The notes under the pieces are model-generated. The model had not been told where the DNA came from and made no database searches. It saw nothing but the letters and a program-made list of their open reading frames with translations. From Eledone cirrhosa (Eukaryota), in NCBI GenBank assembly GCA_964016885.1, contig OZ024744.1, positions 31,620,001 through 31,684,000 on the forward strand: a DNA stretch of 64,000 nt. The letters run 5' to 3'. The position numbers were made by a program, and so were the translations under genes. Below are positions 1-14,776 of this stretch, in pieces (the stretch's first letter is position 1; every line of letters starts with the position of its first letter).

Positions 1-8
1 ATATATAT

Positions 9-47
<39 letters not shown>

Positions 48-471
48 AATGGAAAAAATGAAACGAAATTTCATTGTTTTTCATTTCGTTTCATTTTTTC
101 CATTAATCGTTTTCGGTGCGCCCGGCCGATTAACTCACTCGATATGCAAATTAGGCTGCTCAGCTGTTAATATGCATAAGGAAAGTATCTACATTCAGAC
201 GTTCAATCATCTGGCAGGAAGGTATACGTTGCTGACGATAGCTAATAAGCTTGAAACTAATACAACGTTCCTTTGTCAGTGTTGAACAAAAGGGCAACGA
301 TGGTTGCTAGACACTACGGCTTAATGCGGGATGTTTGTTTACAAACACACCGAGCATTATAATAAATGTTCGGTAAATCCATACGTACATATATATATGT
401 GTGTGCATGTATGTATATATATATACATACTACTGTACGTCTGTATACATATATGTATGTACGTGTACATA

Positions 472-575
<104 letters not shown>

Positions 576-1073
576 TGAAGAAATCAGTTGTGTTCCAACC
601 AAGATTGAGATGGTCTCCACCAAGTATTAAAGTGCCTAGGACACGTCGTACGGCACCCATACGACTCCACCAAAATTCAAGGGATCTTTAGCAAGTCCTT
701 ATTTAGCGGTCTACATTCGCAGCATTCTTCATGTCTAACGAGGAAAGCCATCTATAACTAGGTATATATATATTTTTTTCTACTTTACAAACACATGCAC
801 ACACACACACACACAGACAGATATATATATATATGTATATGTACGTGTGCGTGTGTGTGTGCCTTTGGGTGTGTGTGTGTGTGTGTGCCTTTGTTTATAC
901 ACATACTTTGTTCATTCTGTAAGTTACCGGTTCGACGAAAACGAGATCGTTAACATAGTTAGCTAGATTGATATGATCAATTTTATCAAGACAATGCCCC
1001 AGCATGGTCACACACACACATACACACATACACAAACACAAACACACACACACACACACATACACAAACACAC

Positions 1074-1179
<106 letters not shown>

Positions 1180-1270
1180 AAGGTTAAACAAGGTTCAATG
1201 AATAAATCAAAGAATTAGTTTTACAATAGATTGGAAGCACTCAACATTGTGGGTTTTCCAGAGTTATTAA

Positions 1271-1519
1271 TATTAATTCAAAATATTAACAAAAATAGAC
1301 ATTCGTGTGATCAAGTATATTTTATTATACATATTTCAGAGGTACTGAGCTATCTTCAATGACTGAATCTTAACCATCTTCTATGTCAGCGTATGTCAGC
1401 GTGAATCATCTTATTTTATCTGATGAGGACGTTCTGTTGAAGATAGCTCAGTACTTCTGAAATATATATAATAAAATATACTTGATCACACGAATGTTTA
1501 TTTTTGTTAATATTTTGAA

Positions 1520-1525
<6 letters not shown>
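1271..1525. repeat. Fold-back inverted repeat (~89-bp arms) next to (TA)n, probably Penelope-derived
   Basis: 1271-1359 TATTAATTCAAAATATTAAC...TATCTTCAA is the near reverse complement of 1437-1525; the spacer contains CTGATGA. Confidence 0.8.
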
Positions 1526-1570
<45 letters not shown>

Positions 1571-1860
1571 CCAGGTTTGATGGTCTTTTGTCTCTTGTTC
1601 ACGATTTCACCGAGTTTATATTCATAGAGATCTGGGACTTGTCTATTTCTTCTCACTTTCCGTTGCTTAAACCATTTTGTTTGTTACCCTAACGTCCCCT
1701 TTATTTACGTGTCCCAATGACTTTTTTTAGCCGTTGTTCGCACCAACCTGAGGTATATGGCCCTTAAAGCGATGAAATGCCTGGGACGGTTGGAGGGTCA
1801 CTGATGAAGGACTTACTTTTTCATATGCACCACCATTTGCAACGCGCAGCCATCATTATT

Positions 1861-1943
<83 letters not shown>

Positions 1944-2285
1944 ATGTATGAATGTGTTTGTATATAAAATAATCAGGCTGGAACAATGTATCAAGATTGC
2001 ATCCTATACATGTTTCATTCACATATGACACGAGTTTCGTTATCGATCTGCTGAAGGTACGATCGATCTCGAAAAAAAAACTAACTTTGACTACATCATA
2101 GACAAATTTACATCAGTAAAAGCAAGCAAGATGCATTTGAAATTTTCATGTATTGATTTCAGCTTAAAAAATTTACAAACAAGATTTGTATTTTTGAGCT
2201 GATTTTATGGTTATCTGAAAGAGGTGTAATTTCAATGGTTGGAATAGGTGCTTATTATCTCTGGTTACGCCTCCTCTGGCTTTGT

Positions 2286-2586
<301 letters not shown>

Positions 2587-2741
2587 ATATATATATATAT
2601 ATATATATATAGATAAATCTACCAAAAGTTTACGGTAGTGTCCAATCCGTATGAAGAACTCAATGTAATCCGGATATCATGGAAAGAAGAGATGCATTCA
2701 AAAATCACTTTCGGTGAAAGATAAACGGAATACAGAGTCAA

Positions 2742-3158
2742 GATAAAATATTTAAAAAATAATGAATAAAACAATGAAACAGTTCCTTATATTAAACAAA
2801 AAAAGTTCATTATTTAACGATCGTTTCTAGGACATATATGTGTTAGAATTGGCATGCATATTCAAAAGATCTATGTACAAAATTATACAAAATTATACAA
2901 ACTATCAAATAGAATATACATACCAACACATACATATGCCGTCTTCAGAAATAATTATTTCTGAAGACGGCATATGTATGTGTTGGTATGTATATTTAAT
3001 TTTGATAGTTTGTATAATTTTGTATAATTTTGTACATAGATCTGTTGAATATGCATGCCAATTCTAACACATATATGTCCTAGAAACGATCGTTAAATAA
3101 TGAACTTTTTTTGTTTAATATAAGTAACTGTTTCATTGTTTTATTCATTATTTTTTTA

Positions 3159-3167
<9 letters not shown>
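2742..3167. repeat. Long near-perfect palindrome, ~210-bp arms, no spacer
   Basis: Centre GTCTTCAGAAATAA|TTATTTCTGAAGAC at 2954/2955; the arms are reverse complements with a few substitutions. Confidence 0.9.
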
Positions 3168-3186
<19 letters not shown>

Positions 3187-3190
<4 letters not shown>

Positions 3191-3813
3191 ATATGTTGAG
3201 AAGGTAACACACCAGAGAGAGATATATAGTGTGTTATCAATAATACAGGGAAAAAACCACCAGTGTATGGAATCTATAACCTATGAAAGGCAGACTATAG
3301 ACACGATAATTAAAAATATAAATTAAAGCGTAAATAAATACCTTTATAACTATATAACACACGTACAAATCCAAAGATATGTTTCACCAAAAAATTTGTT
3401 GAAAGAAATGGTCTAGTCTCGGTTCATCAGCGTGTGTAAGGCCATACATTTCAGACAACACTAAGAGAATTTTACAATTGACAGTCCAGCTACACGTGGG
3501 AGAGAGAAGTCACAGCGTGTTTAAGGGCAGTGAACCAGTGGCCTCTGAGAGACGAACTGCTAGAAAGGGCAGCCCAAAGCCACTCAGAGAAGTGTGCTCA
3601 ACCAAACAGATAGGAAAGACTGTTATTAGGAGCGAAATATCACGATAAATTAACGGAGGCATAGGCCGTCGTTATTCCCTCACTATATCTCTCTCTCTGG
3701 TGTGTTACCTTCTCAACATATTATATTTTAAAGGGCTCAGGATCTCTTCCCCTTTGAGCACATTATTTACAGGGAATAACGACGGCCTATGCCTCCGTTA
3801 ATTTATCGTGATA
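3187..3813 (-). mobile_element. Penelope-like pLTR remnant with interleaved inverted repeats
   Basis: 3187-3230 is inverted at 3681-3724, and 3637-3680 is inverted at 3771-3813; contains a minus-strand hammerhead; flanked by (TA)n. Confidence 0.6.
3357..3437 (-). ncRNA. Type I hammerhead ribozyme motif
   Basis: Minus strand reads ACACACG-CTGATGA-ACCGAG...TTTGGT-GAAA-CA...TG-TA-CGTGTGT: 7-bp stem I, paired stems II and III, GUA cleavage triplet. Confidence 0.75.
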
Positions 3814-3844
3814 TATATATATATATATGATACAAAGCCAGAGG

Positions 3845-3994
<150 letters not shown>

Positions 3995-4689
3995 GTATGT
4001 ATATATATATACATATGTATGTATATATGTATATATGTATGTTGGTATGTAGGTATGTATGTATGTATATATATGAGAAACTCGTGACCTTTGTATTATA
4101 TATATGAAATGTCAACATGAAAAAACAGTGAAGAAGAACAGCACAGTACAGTAATGGTGTTTTGATTAAACGCTTAATAGGCTTGGAAAAGAATCCTAAT
4201 GTTTCAGATGCTAGTCCTTTATTGGAAGATAGAAACGCAGAGAAGAGAAGAAAAAGGAAGAAAGGGGAGATTTAAAGGAAAACAAGTAAAAGAATAATAG
4301 AAAAGAAAACACGTATTTGCTTGTCAGCCATCTTTATATATATATATATATGTGTGTGTCTGTGTGCGTATGTGTGTGTCTATGTGGGGAGAAGGAAGGG
4401 TGTATGTGTGTTCTTGTTTTGGTAAGTGGTTCCTATCTGTTTGTTACGTTGAATCTGAAATCATTGCGTCATGCAGCAACCCCTCCACCTCCAGGCCCCC
4501 GCTTCAATTATGCCCTTAACCTTGATGGTTGTTACAAGAACTAAAAGACTAAAGGCGTAATAAAGAAGTAAAAGAAGGTTTAAAGGAGCTGCTGGTCAGA
4601 GGGTAGCCATTAAAACTCACTTGTAAGATACACAATAGTCTGACGTTTCACAATCACTTATTTCTCTAATGTTTTGTAATTATGTCAAC

Positions 4690-4758
<69 letters not shown>

Positions 4759-4895
4759 TGCGTGTATATACATACATACATATATATGTATGTATGTATG
4801 TATGTATGTGTAAATATATACTTATGTATGCATGCATGTATAGGTATGTATAGGTATATATACAGTATATATATATACATATATATATGCATACA

Positions 4896-4955
<60 letters not shown>

Positions 4956-5104
4956 TATTCATATACAGTATATATAACATTAAGTACCAAAGTTTGTCCT
5001 CTTGAAATCAAGTGGAATTGTAAGTGACAAGTTCATGGGGATATTATGAAAGACATTACGACTTAATCACATATACATACGTATATACATACATACACAC
5101 TTAT

Positions 5105-5160
<56 letters not shown>

Positions 5161-6551
5161 TGGCTGCCAACTCGTTTTCGAGTACGGCCACTACTTTATA
5201 TTTATGTAGGAGAACTCCTACCGATGCGCTGAACGAGTGTGGCTTTTTAGTCCAGCCAGCGACTTGAAAACTCTGGTACAAACACTACACTTGTGACAAT
5301 TATTGACACATAGTGCTGGGCCCATGGTACCATGTGACGACAAGTGCAGAGAGATCTCCAGATATAAAGCAATGCCTGTGCCGTGAAGCTTTTATAGTGA
5401 GCAAAGGCACTGCACAAAGCCAGTCCCACTCTCTTAACCAAGATGATATTTACCAAAAAGAAGAACAAGTCAACATCATTGGATACCATCAGGTTTGCAG
5501 GTGTTATATCAGAGTTTTCCTTCTCCTAGAATTCTGCCTTGACAAAGGCTAAGGGGTCATCTCTCCCGGTGATTTTGGATGGCCATTGACTCTTACGAGC
5601 TCCTTTTCCCTTTGACAGGTTTTGTTTTTAGTCCTGCAGGATGTCCAAAGTCACCCTCCTCACCAAGAAACCTTGGTGGGGTTGCCAGTTTAGTCGCCAA
5701 CGACCCGACCATGAGACAGGTTGTAATGGGATACATGTTACCAGTAGCACCAACTGGTGACCTGACATATATACATACGTACATACATACATACAAACAT
5801 ACTCACACACATACGCACACAGGCACACATACATCCACAGACACACTCACACACACATGACAATAAGAAGGTACGGTGAGATTTGAGGTAAATGTGTGTG
5901 TACGTATGGTTGTGTGTGTGTGTGTGTGAATATATGTCTTTGTCTGTATTCGTATCTGTATAATTGTTGTGCGTCCATGCCTGTGTATATTTCTGTATAT
6001 GTGCGTGTGTGTTTGTGTGTTTGTGTGTGTGTATGTATTTATATGTGTGTATATGTTTGTAATTGTCTCTATGTGAATTTGTTTGTGTGTATGTTTGTGT
6101 ATGTATCCTTGCCTGTCTGTGCGTATTTTTGTATGTATGAACGTTCGTGAGAGTGTATTTGTATGCATGTATATATGTGTGGATGTGCGTTAGTGTGTAT
6201 TTGTTTGTGTGTATATATGTACCTATGTGTGTACGTGCATCTACGTGTATATGTCTACGTGTGTGTGCGTATATTTGTGTGTGTGTGTGTGTATGTAGGT
6301 GTGCTTATATATCTCTCCATGTGAGATTATTTTTCTCTGTGTGTGTATATGTATGTGGGTGATACGTACCTGTGTATGTAAGTACGCGCGCGCGCGCATG
6401 TGTGTGTGTGTGTGTGTGTGTGTAGCACCTCTCTGAGATCACTCAGCTTTTTAAAATATCTCCCAATTCCTGCAAATCATACCGTATCATTTGTAATAGC
6501 CCACCCCACCCCATACCTTATCATTTATAAGAAATAGAGAATGTATTAGAG

Positions 6552-8011
6552 CAAAGGTCGGCAACGCCGGCCCGCCAACAGGTTTCAATCTTAGTCTAGG
6601 CGAACCCTGAAAAAGTACTCTGAATTATTTTGGATTAGAAAACCGACTAGAGAACACGTCTAGCCACAAGACTTAGGTGAACGTAATGTTTTAACTTGGC
6701 AGTAACAAACTGAGATAGAATAGTCAGAACTCGAGGTCAAGAGGAGTGTATGTAAGTGTATATATATATATATATACTATATGTATGGCAGGGATGTGAA
6801 ATGACCCAGACTTACCTAAAATAAATCAACGTGTCTTACATATAGTTATTTCGTTTCATCCTCAAAATATTTCATTTGAGTTAGCTGCTAGTAAAACTTC
6901 TGTAAGTGACTGTATTTGATAATAATCAATGTTTATTTAGTTTTCTGCTAAAAGTCTTCAGTAAAGGTTTTCATCGAACAAATGGCAACCCTGATCTAAA
7001 CACACCGCCAGGTGGCGTGATTTTGTCACAGTTTATTTAAAATATCATAGTATTTTATCATATTACTATAATAGTTTTCACATATGTTCTCATTACTTAT
7101 CTGATATCATGGCCCGCCGACGAGACACTGCATAGCTATGTGGCCTGCCCATGAGACACTGCATAGCTATGTGGCCTGTCCATGAGACACTGTATAGCTA
7201 TGTGGCCCGCCGACGAGACACTGCATAGCTATGTGGCCCGCCGACGAGACACTGTATAGCTATGTGGCCTGTCCATGAGACACTGCATAGCTATGTCGTC
7301 CGCCGACGAGACACTACATAGCAATGTGGCCTGCCGACGAGACACTGCATAGCTATGTGGCCTGTCCATGAGACACTGCATAGCTATGTCGTCCGCCGAC
7401 GAGACACTGCATAGCTATGTGGCCTGCCCATGAGACACTGCATAGCTATGTGGCCTGTCCATGAGACACTGTATAGCTATGTGGCCCGCCGACGAGACAC
7501 TGCATAGCTATGTGGCATGCCCATGAGACACTGCATAGCTATGTGGCCTGTCCATGAGACACTGTATAGCTATGTGGCCCGCCGACGAGACACTGCATAG
7601 CTATGTGGCCAACCGACGAGACACTGCATAGCTATGTGGCCAACCGACGAGACACTGCATAGCTATGTGGCCTGTCCATGAGACACTGTATAGCTATGTG
7701 GCCCGCCGACGAGACACTGCATAGCTATGTGGCCCGCCGACGAGACACTGCATAGCTATGTGGCCCGCCGACGAGACACTGCATAGCTATGTCGTCCGCC
7801 GACGAGACACTACATAGCAATGTGGCCTGCCCATGAGACACGACATAGCAATGTCGTCCGCCGACGAGACACTGCATAGCTATGTGGCCCGCCGACGAGA
7901 CACTGTATTGCTATGTGGCCTGTCCATGAGACACTGCATAGCTATGTGGCCGGCTGATGAGATACTGCATAGTAATGTGGCCCCTACACCCCAAAAGGTT
8001 ACCGACCCCTG
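6552..8011. mobile_element. Non-autonomous hAT (Charlie/Buster-like) DNA transposon
   Basis: TIRs CAAAGGTCGGCAAC (6552) and GTTACCGACCCCTG (to 8011); degenerate 8-bp TSD TATTAGAG/CATTATAC with central TA; GGCCC subterminal motifs. Confidence 0.65.
7110..7982. repeat. 31-bp minisatellite, ~28 copies, inside the hAT element
   Basis: Unit GAGACACTGCATAGCTATGTGGCC(C/T)G(C/T)C(GAC/CAT); period 31 (7122, 7153, ...). Confidence 0.95.
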
Positions 8012-8326
8012 CATTATACTCTGTAGTCCTAGGTACACACCAGATGGGCACGGCTGGAACGATTTGATCATATGTTTGTGTAAGTGATTTGGGGATGCAC
8101 AACTCCAGCAGCGATGACTGTCCTTACAACAACAACAGGGAAATATAGTGTTTCTAGTTTCCAATTGTGATATTCCTTGCATTATATATAGTAACATTAG
8201 CTTTCTCTTCTAATTTGGCCCTTAACTTGTGAGGAGGTTGAAAGGATGGTGACGTTGGAACGTGTAACTTGGCGGAGCTCATCACCCAGAGAGTGAGAGT
8301 GGGAGAGACAGAGAGAAAGAAAGGGC

Positions 8327-8427
<101 letters not shown>

Positions 8428-8659
8428 AAGTTAAGTTAAATTATAGTTTAACAATATATATCCTGATAACGATTTATAGAAACTCAATGCTAATCAGTAT
8501 CCTTGGTCAATAAGTAACCTGGGTCATTTTTCAACATTCGTAGATTATATATATATCAAGAGGATACCTCATTTAGAGTTTCAAAACACATCCGTAGGAC
8601 GCGAGATAGATTCCTGTGTATATATATATATATATAGACTTTGACTGAAATCGAAATGC

Positions 8660-8708
8660 GATTCCTGATGATTTCTAATGAATGAAACAGTTCTAGTCCT
8701 GTAGAATC
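8660..8708 (+). ncRNA. Type I hammerhead ribozyme motif
   Basis: GATTC-CTGATGA-TTTCTAATGAAT-GAAA-CAG-TTCTAGTC-CTG-TA-GAATC: stems I and III pair, stem II is weak; related 3' half on the minus strand at ~57018-57045. Confidence 0.6.
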
Positions 8709-8792
8709 TCATCTATATTAAAACTGTTATACTCTGCTATGTATTGAGTACCTTACTTACTGTGGTTACCTCCGATTCAACCCGGAATAACG

Positions 8793-8933
<141 letters not shown>

Positions 8934-8945
8934 TATATATATATA

Positions 8946-9181
8946 TATAACAAAGGAATTGTGGTAAGGAACCAGATGGACCATAACGCACCAGAGTACT
9001 CAATACTTAGGGTAGTAGAGTGGGAAATAAGAAAAAGTATGACCCCAACGGCAGAGCTCAAGCCGTTTCGACGGCTATTTCTGGACTAAATTATAATTTT
9101 TAGCCAGGCTAAACATTCTAATTTAGTCCAGAAATAGCCGTCGAAACGGCTTGAGCTCTGCCGTCGGGGTCATACTTTTTC

Positions 9182-9185
<4 letters not shown>
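8946..9185 (-). mobile_element. (TA)n-inserted mini-element, GTCGAAACGGCTTGAGCTC family, copy 2 with inverted partial copy
   Basis: Reverse-complement core at 8946-9090 followed by a forward partial copy at 9121-9184; flanked by (TA)n. Confidence 0.7.
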
Positions 9186-9218
<33 letters not shown>

Positions 9219-9573
9219 AAGGTCTGGTTGCGGGCAAGCTAACGACTGCGGTCGGGAAGTGCAGCCAAAAGTTCTTAATAAGGAATGTTACCTTAGAGTT
9301 ATAACGTTACGTTTAGACAGCTATGCAAATTGAAGCCTGCGACCGAAAAGCGAGCCGCTAGGACCAGAACAACAAAAAAAGCCGACTCAGGAAAATCTTT
9401 GACAATTATCTGGACTATCGTGGATCTATTACATAATATTATATAACATCTCCACTAGGTTTCTGTAAATCCGAAATCAACAAATCCATTTGCAGGAGCC
9501 AGCAAGTTAATTGGTCTTTGGAAGATAGAATAGTGGAATTTACTTCGTCAACAAGTTTTCGTCTGCCGCCGCC

Positions 9574-9677
<104 letters not shown>

Positions 9678-9822
9678 AAGAAAGAGAGAGAGAGGGAGAG
9701 AGAGAGAGAGAAAGAAAGAGAGAGAGAGGGAGAGAGAACACTGGAAGGTAATATCCGTAGTGGTAGAGCACTCACTCCATGGGGTTGAGTTTGGTAGAAG
9801 TGGTAACACAACAGTGAGTTCA

Positions 9823-9907
<85 letters not shown>

Positions 9908-10126
9908 GAGAGTGATGTAAAATCCCGACCGCGGCACCAGGTAGGCGATATTTTAAATATCTTTATACTCACTCTGCAGCTCCCCCATATGAATACTTCC
10001 ATGATTAGTGGTCTCCTCGGTTTCAGCACCACAGACTCTCTCCACACCTCTCCCTCTCAGTTTCTTTTTCTTCTCTCTCTCTCCCTCTCTCTCTCTCTCT
10101 CCATATATATATATATATATATATAA

Positions 10127-10283
<157 letters not shown>

Positions 10284-10536
10284 AAAGCATGTATTGAGTT
10301 AGAAACTCAAAATAGTCTCATTACAGTAAATTAGCTCTCGGAAAAAGTTTTTTCCGAGCCGTATATAACTGAACAAAAAGAAAAAACGAACACAGACATA
10401 TATATTTATGTGTTCAAATCGTAATGAATCAAAATCGCTAAGGTGAAAAAAAATACTAACTACAGAGTTTGCTAGACTCAATTTAAGAATAAATTAAGAA
10501 AATTAAATACAAATCAGTATTTCCTTTTTGTTCCGT

Positions 10537-10612
<76 letters not shown>

Positions 10613-10974
10613 CATATATCTATATATGATATATTCCGACCTTACACACTTGCACCTCTCTAATGTCACTGGACCGAGATCTTTGGCGCTACTCAGTAAT
10701 ACAGAAGACCCGCCTTGCCTATGTACAAAGCGAACCCTAGAGTCAGTAGGCACCTCTTAACCAAATATACACCCCAACCCACTACCCCTACCCTATCCTC
10801 CCACTCCCACTAGCACCACCCTCCCTCTGTAAAGTTGGTACCACAACATCCAGTCCAAATAAATGAGATAATGAGATCGAGATCAAGATCATGTAGGTAT
10901 CACGACAAAAAAAAAACACACACAAAGTCCACGCTGTAGTGTGGCCGTGTAGGTAACACGGTAAAAAGTTCCCA

Positions 10975-11130
10975 GTTCCACACTGTAAATGTTGTTGGTG
11001 TTAGGGAGAGCATCCAGCCGTATAAAACCTGCCAGAGAGTCCTATATGAGCGAGAGACGGTCACCCGTGTGACAACTCCCATCTAACCCATGCTAGCGTG
11101 GAAGACGTTAAACGAAGATGATGATGATGA
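10975..11130 (+). mobile_element. SINE or RTE-derived 3' end with (GAT)n tail
   Basis: GCATCCAGCCGTATAAAACCTGCC...AACCCATGCTAGCGTGGAAGACGTTAAACGAAGATGATGATGAT. Confidence 0.5.
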
Positions 11131-11219
11131 TATATATATATATTAATATATGTATATATATATATATATATACATAAATGTACGTATATATATATATATA
11201 TATACATATATATATGTAT

Positions 11220-11280
<61 letters not shown>

Positions 11281-11290
11281 TATATATATG

Positions 11291-11337
<47 letters not shown>

Positions 11338-11452
11338 CAAAATAACAGAGTGGTCGACGTAGATACAAGTCGCTAAAATACCGGCCACCCTCTTGTCTCT
11401 GATTTAAACACCAAAGATTTTTATCTGGTATATTCCTTCGTTATATTTTGAA

Positions 11453-11510
11453 TTACCTGATGATGTCACCGGATTCATACTGAACCCGGTCATTGAAATG
11501 ATCATAGTAA
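11453..11510 (+). ncRNA. Minimal type I hammerhead ribozyme motif with palindromic loop III
   Basis: TTAC-CTGATGA-(ACCGG/CCGGT stem II)-GAAA-T-GATC-A-TA-GTAA. Confidence 0.55.
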
Positions 11511-11808
11511 AATAAACCTTTTATTGATTTACACCAGAACATGCCTCCTGTTATTTTATAATAATTAACTCCATACTCGCACCACCAACTACACAAACGA
11601 AGACGAGTGGTTGCATTATGTTGAGTGCTTTCCATAACAAAGACGCCAACGCCCCAGTGAAAGAATTTGCTCCGAAATTTGACGTGTCCGACGAGCCCGC
11701 GGGTCCAGAATCAGACAAGATCCATACAATGATCGTGTCTCGAGCTGTCCTCCGGCGAAACAATTGTAATACACAATAAATTGATTTCAGATGTATCACT
11801 GATATTTC

Positions 11809-11930
<122 letters not shown>

Positions 11931-11939
11931 ATATGTATG

Positions 11940-11980
<41 letters not shown>

Positions 11981-12018
11981 TTGTATGTATGTATGTATAT
12001 ATATATATATATACACAC

Positions 12019-12111
<93 letters not shown>

Positions 12112-12112
<1 letters not shown>

Positions 12113-13542
12113 GAGCAGTATGGCCCGGCGTTGCTCGGGATTCTAAACATAGATTGGCATGTATATCCCTCCTTTCTGAAACAGTACAGAGAAGTACGGA
12201 ATACCTCGGCCTGGGGATGGTGTCTACATTTTGTGCTTAGCCAAATAATTTTCCATTAAGATTTTCCAAAAGCATGTAATTGCGTTCCCTCTCTTTTTTG
12301 TTGTTGTTTTTGCTGCTGTGGTGTGATAGCAGCGGTTGGTCGTACTACTAACACAGTCTCGTCCTTCTTCAGTCAATTGTGTATATCCCCTTCTACCTCG
12401 TCTACCTAAACAATGATTGTAGCACCTCCTTGTACACAATGTTCCTTGTTATTCCGTGTCGGGCATATGCAAAGAGATTTGTCTTGCTTCCCACTCTTGA
12501 GCAACCAACTTATAGTTGCCCGTGTGAAAAACATGACTCTTCCAAAAGAAGACCAGCAACAGCTAAGGTCTGACTTTGGGATTTGTTGATAGACATTGCA
12601 AAGCTGACACGGTCCGGTGAATGGTTCGTTGGTTGTCTGTTTCAAGCGCTCTTTGTGGCAGTACGTTCAGCATCTTGCGACCGTCGAATAGCAGATTCCT
12701 CTGACGATTCGTTTGCCCGCCTTGTTCTTTTTCTTGCCGCTTTCGCAGTATTTCGGCCAATGGAGTATCTTTTCCTTCGAGGCATGACCTAAAAGCAGGA
12801 CGAAGTATACTAAGACTAACTGGTAGAGTAAGGAGTAAACTCGTCTGTGATGCATGTGATTTAGAAACCGTTGACTATGTAATTGCTGGCCTTGTGCCAA
12901 AAGTAGTGGGACATTTTGAGTGGCATATCGGTAGTAACAATGACGAAAAGCCGTCTGTGCTTTCGTGAAATAAATACGTTTGTTTATATTTTGTTTTTGT
13001 GTATGCAAAAATATCTGTACAGGAATATATAATTATATATATATATATACATTAAAATATATATACATTAAAGTTTAAGCAAAGAATCGCTGCTCCTTAA
13101 CGGGATCTTCTGAAACTAGAAAAATCAATTTGTGAACGCAGAAATAAATATTTCGAAAAATGTTGCAACCGAAGGAAAACAGGAAGACGATACTTTGGTT
13201 CATGAAAATAGCGAAGATAATACGTCAGCAATGAGAACAATATTTGTCATAATGTCGTAATGCAGACAGCCATACATACAGACATATATTATAAGGGCGT
13301 GACGTTATAGCTATGTATCTATCTAAAAAGACAGACTAAGAAAGAGAGAGAGAGATCGATAACCGGCGCCTAACACCCCTTTAACAACAGAAAATTGAAA
13401 AATAAAAACTGCAGTTAATATCTTTAGACCGCAAGGAATATATAAATGCAAGTTTGAAGTCAATCGGAGTAGAAATGTGGATTTGTATAGACTTTGAAAA
13501 AATTAGAACACACACACACAGACAATTTCAGTTTTATATTTA
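12112..13542 (-). mobile_element. Internally deleted Helitron
   Basis: Minus-strand 3' end CCCGAGCAACGCCGGG hairpin followed by CTCG (degenerate CTAG); RepHel remnants inside; several blocks shared with 49970-50762. Confidence 0.8.
12413..12785 (-). pseudogene. Helitron RepHel N-terminus joined to the PIF1-like helicase C-terminus
   Basis: Manual translation: MPRRKRYSIGRNTAKAARKRTRRANESSEE from 12785, and FAMSINKSQSQTLAVAGLLLEESCFSHGQL*VGCSRV...TRNIVYKEVL (PIF1 helicase motifs V/VI). Confidence 0.8.
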
Positions 13543-14499
13543 TGTATATATATATATAGATATGTACACACACACACACATATATATGTATATGTCACCG
13601 TCGTAAAAAAACCATTCTGGATTATCTCCCTTTCTCTTCTCCTCCTCACTTTTGGTTGCCCGTGTCTCTCTCTCACTTTCTCCTGTCGATGGGAGAGGCA
13701 GCACGATCATACCAGCTCTGAGTCGTAGCTGACCCCCAGGCTAAAGTCTCCCAGGTTGGCCACAACTTACTTTCCCTATTTTTCCACGGTTACTCTTTTG
13801 CATGTTTCTTTCACCTGTGTCTTCCCACGATGGGATCTGTACACTTCTTTTTCTCCTATTCCTTTCCTATTTTTTCCCCTTTCCCTTCCCCCTTTCTTCC
13901 TCTATCCTCATCTCCCACCCCCCCCTGTTCTTCCTCTTTCCCTCTCTTTCCTTTTCTCTCTCCTTTTTTCCCCTTTTTCCCCTCTGTCTCTCTCCTTTTC
14001 CACCTGGCCTTTTGATTAATAAAAGGCCTCGTGCACACCCGAACTACACCGATGTCCTGTAATTCAGCACCGAAACATCGGTTCGGGATACATTTACAGG
14101 TGACGATGGAAACTCCTTTCTTCCTTTCTCCTCCTGTTCCGTCCTAACCATCATCCTAAACCTTGTTTTTAGTAAACACACAGCTCCTTTCGTTTCATAT
14201 CATTTTATACACACACACACACACACACAACACACACACACAGATACACACAGCATGATTTGTGCATGAGAAAATTCCAGTTGACACGTACGTGATTTCA
14301 GAATTCTATGAATCTCCTATTAACCATCAACACTACAAGAGTTGGTCTAACAGTTTACTAACCTTTAACACTAACATGATGACATATCTACTTCTTTTAC
14401 ATCTACTCATCCTCGTCAACCTCTCTCTCCCCCCCCCTCTCTCTCTATATATATATATATATATAAATATATATACAAACACACACACATATATATATA

Positions 14500-14563
<64 letters not shown>

Positions 14564-14596
14564 GGTATGTATATATATATATATATATATATATAA

Positions 14597-14659
<63 letters not shown>

Positions 14660-14730
14660 AGTATATAGATATACATACATATATATATACACATACATAG
14701 CTACAAACAAACATATATATATATATATAC

Positions 14731-14772
<42 letters not shown>

Positions 14773-14776
<4 letters not shown>

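Noticed and set aside
1801-2080. Further CTGANGA/GAAA hammerhead-like seeds (also at 1420, 2961, 58278, 62126)
   Set aside because: No convincing stem I/III pairing or cleavage triplet.
5160-5765. Possible LINE 5' UTR or HDV-like ribozyme (similar impression at 13590-14200)
   Set aside because: I could not assemble a full ribozyme fold or find coding motifs by eye; left unannotated.
7110-7982. CRISPR-like regular repeats
   Set aside because: Units are contiguous with no unique spacers, there are no cas genes, and the context is eukaryotic (inside hAT TIRs).
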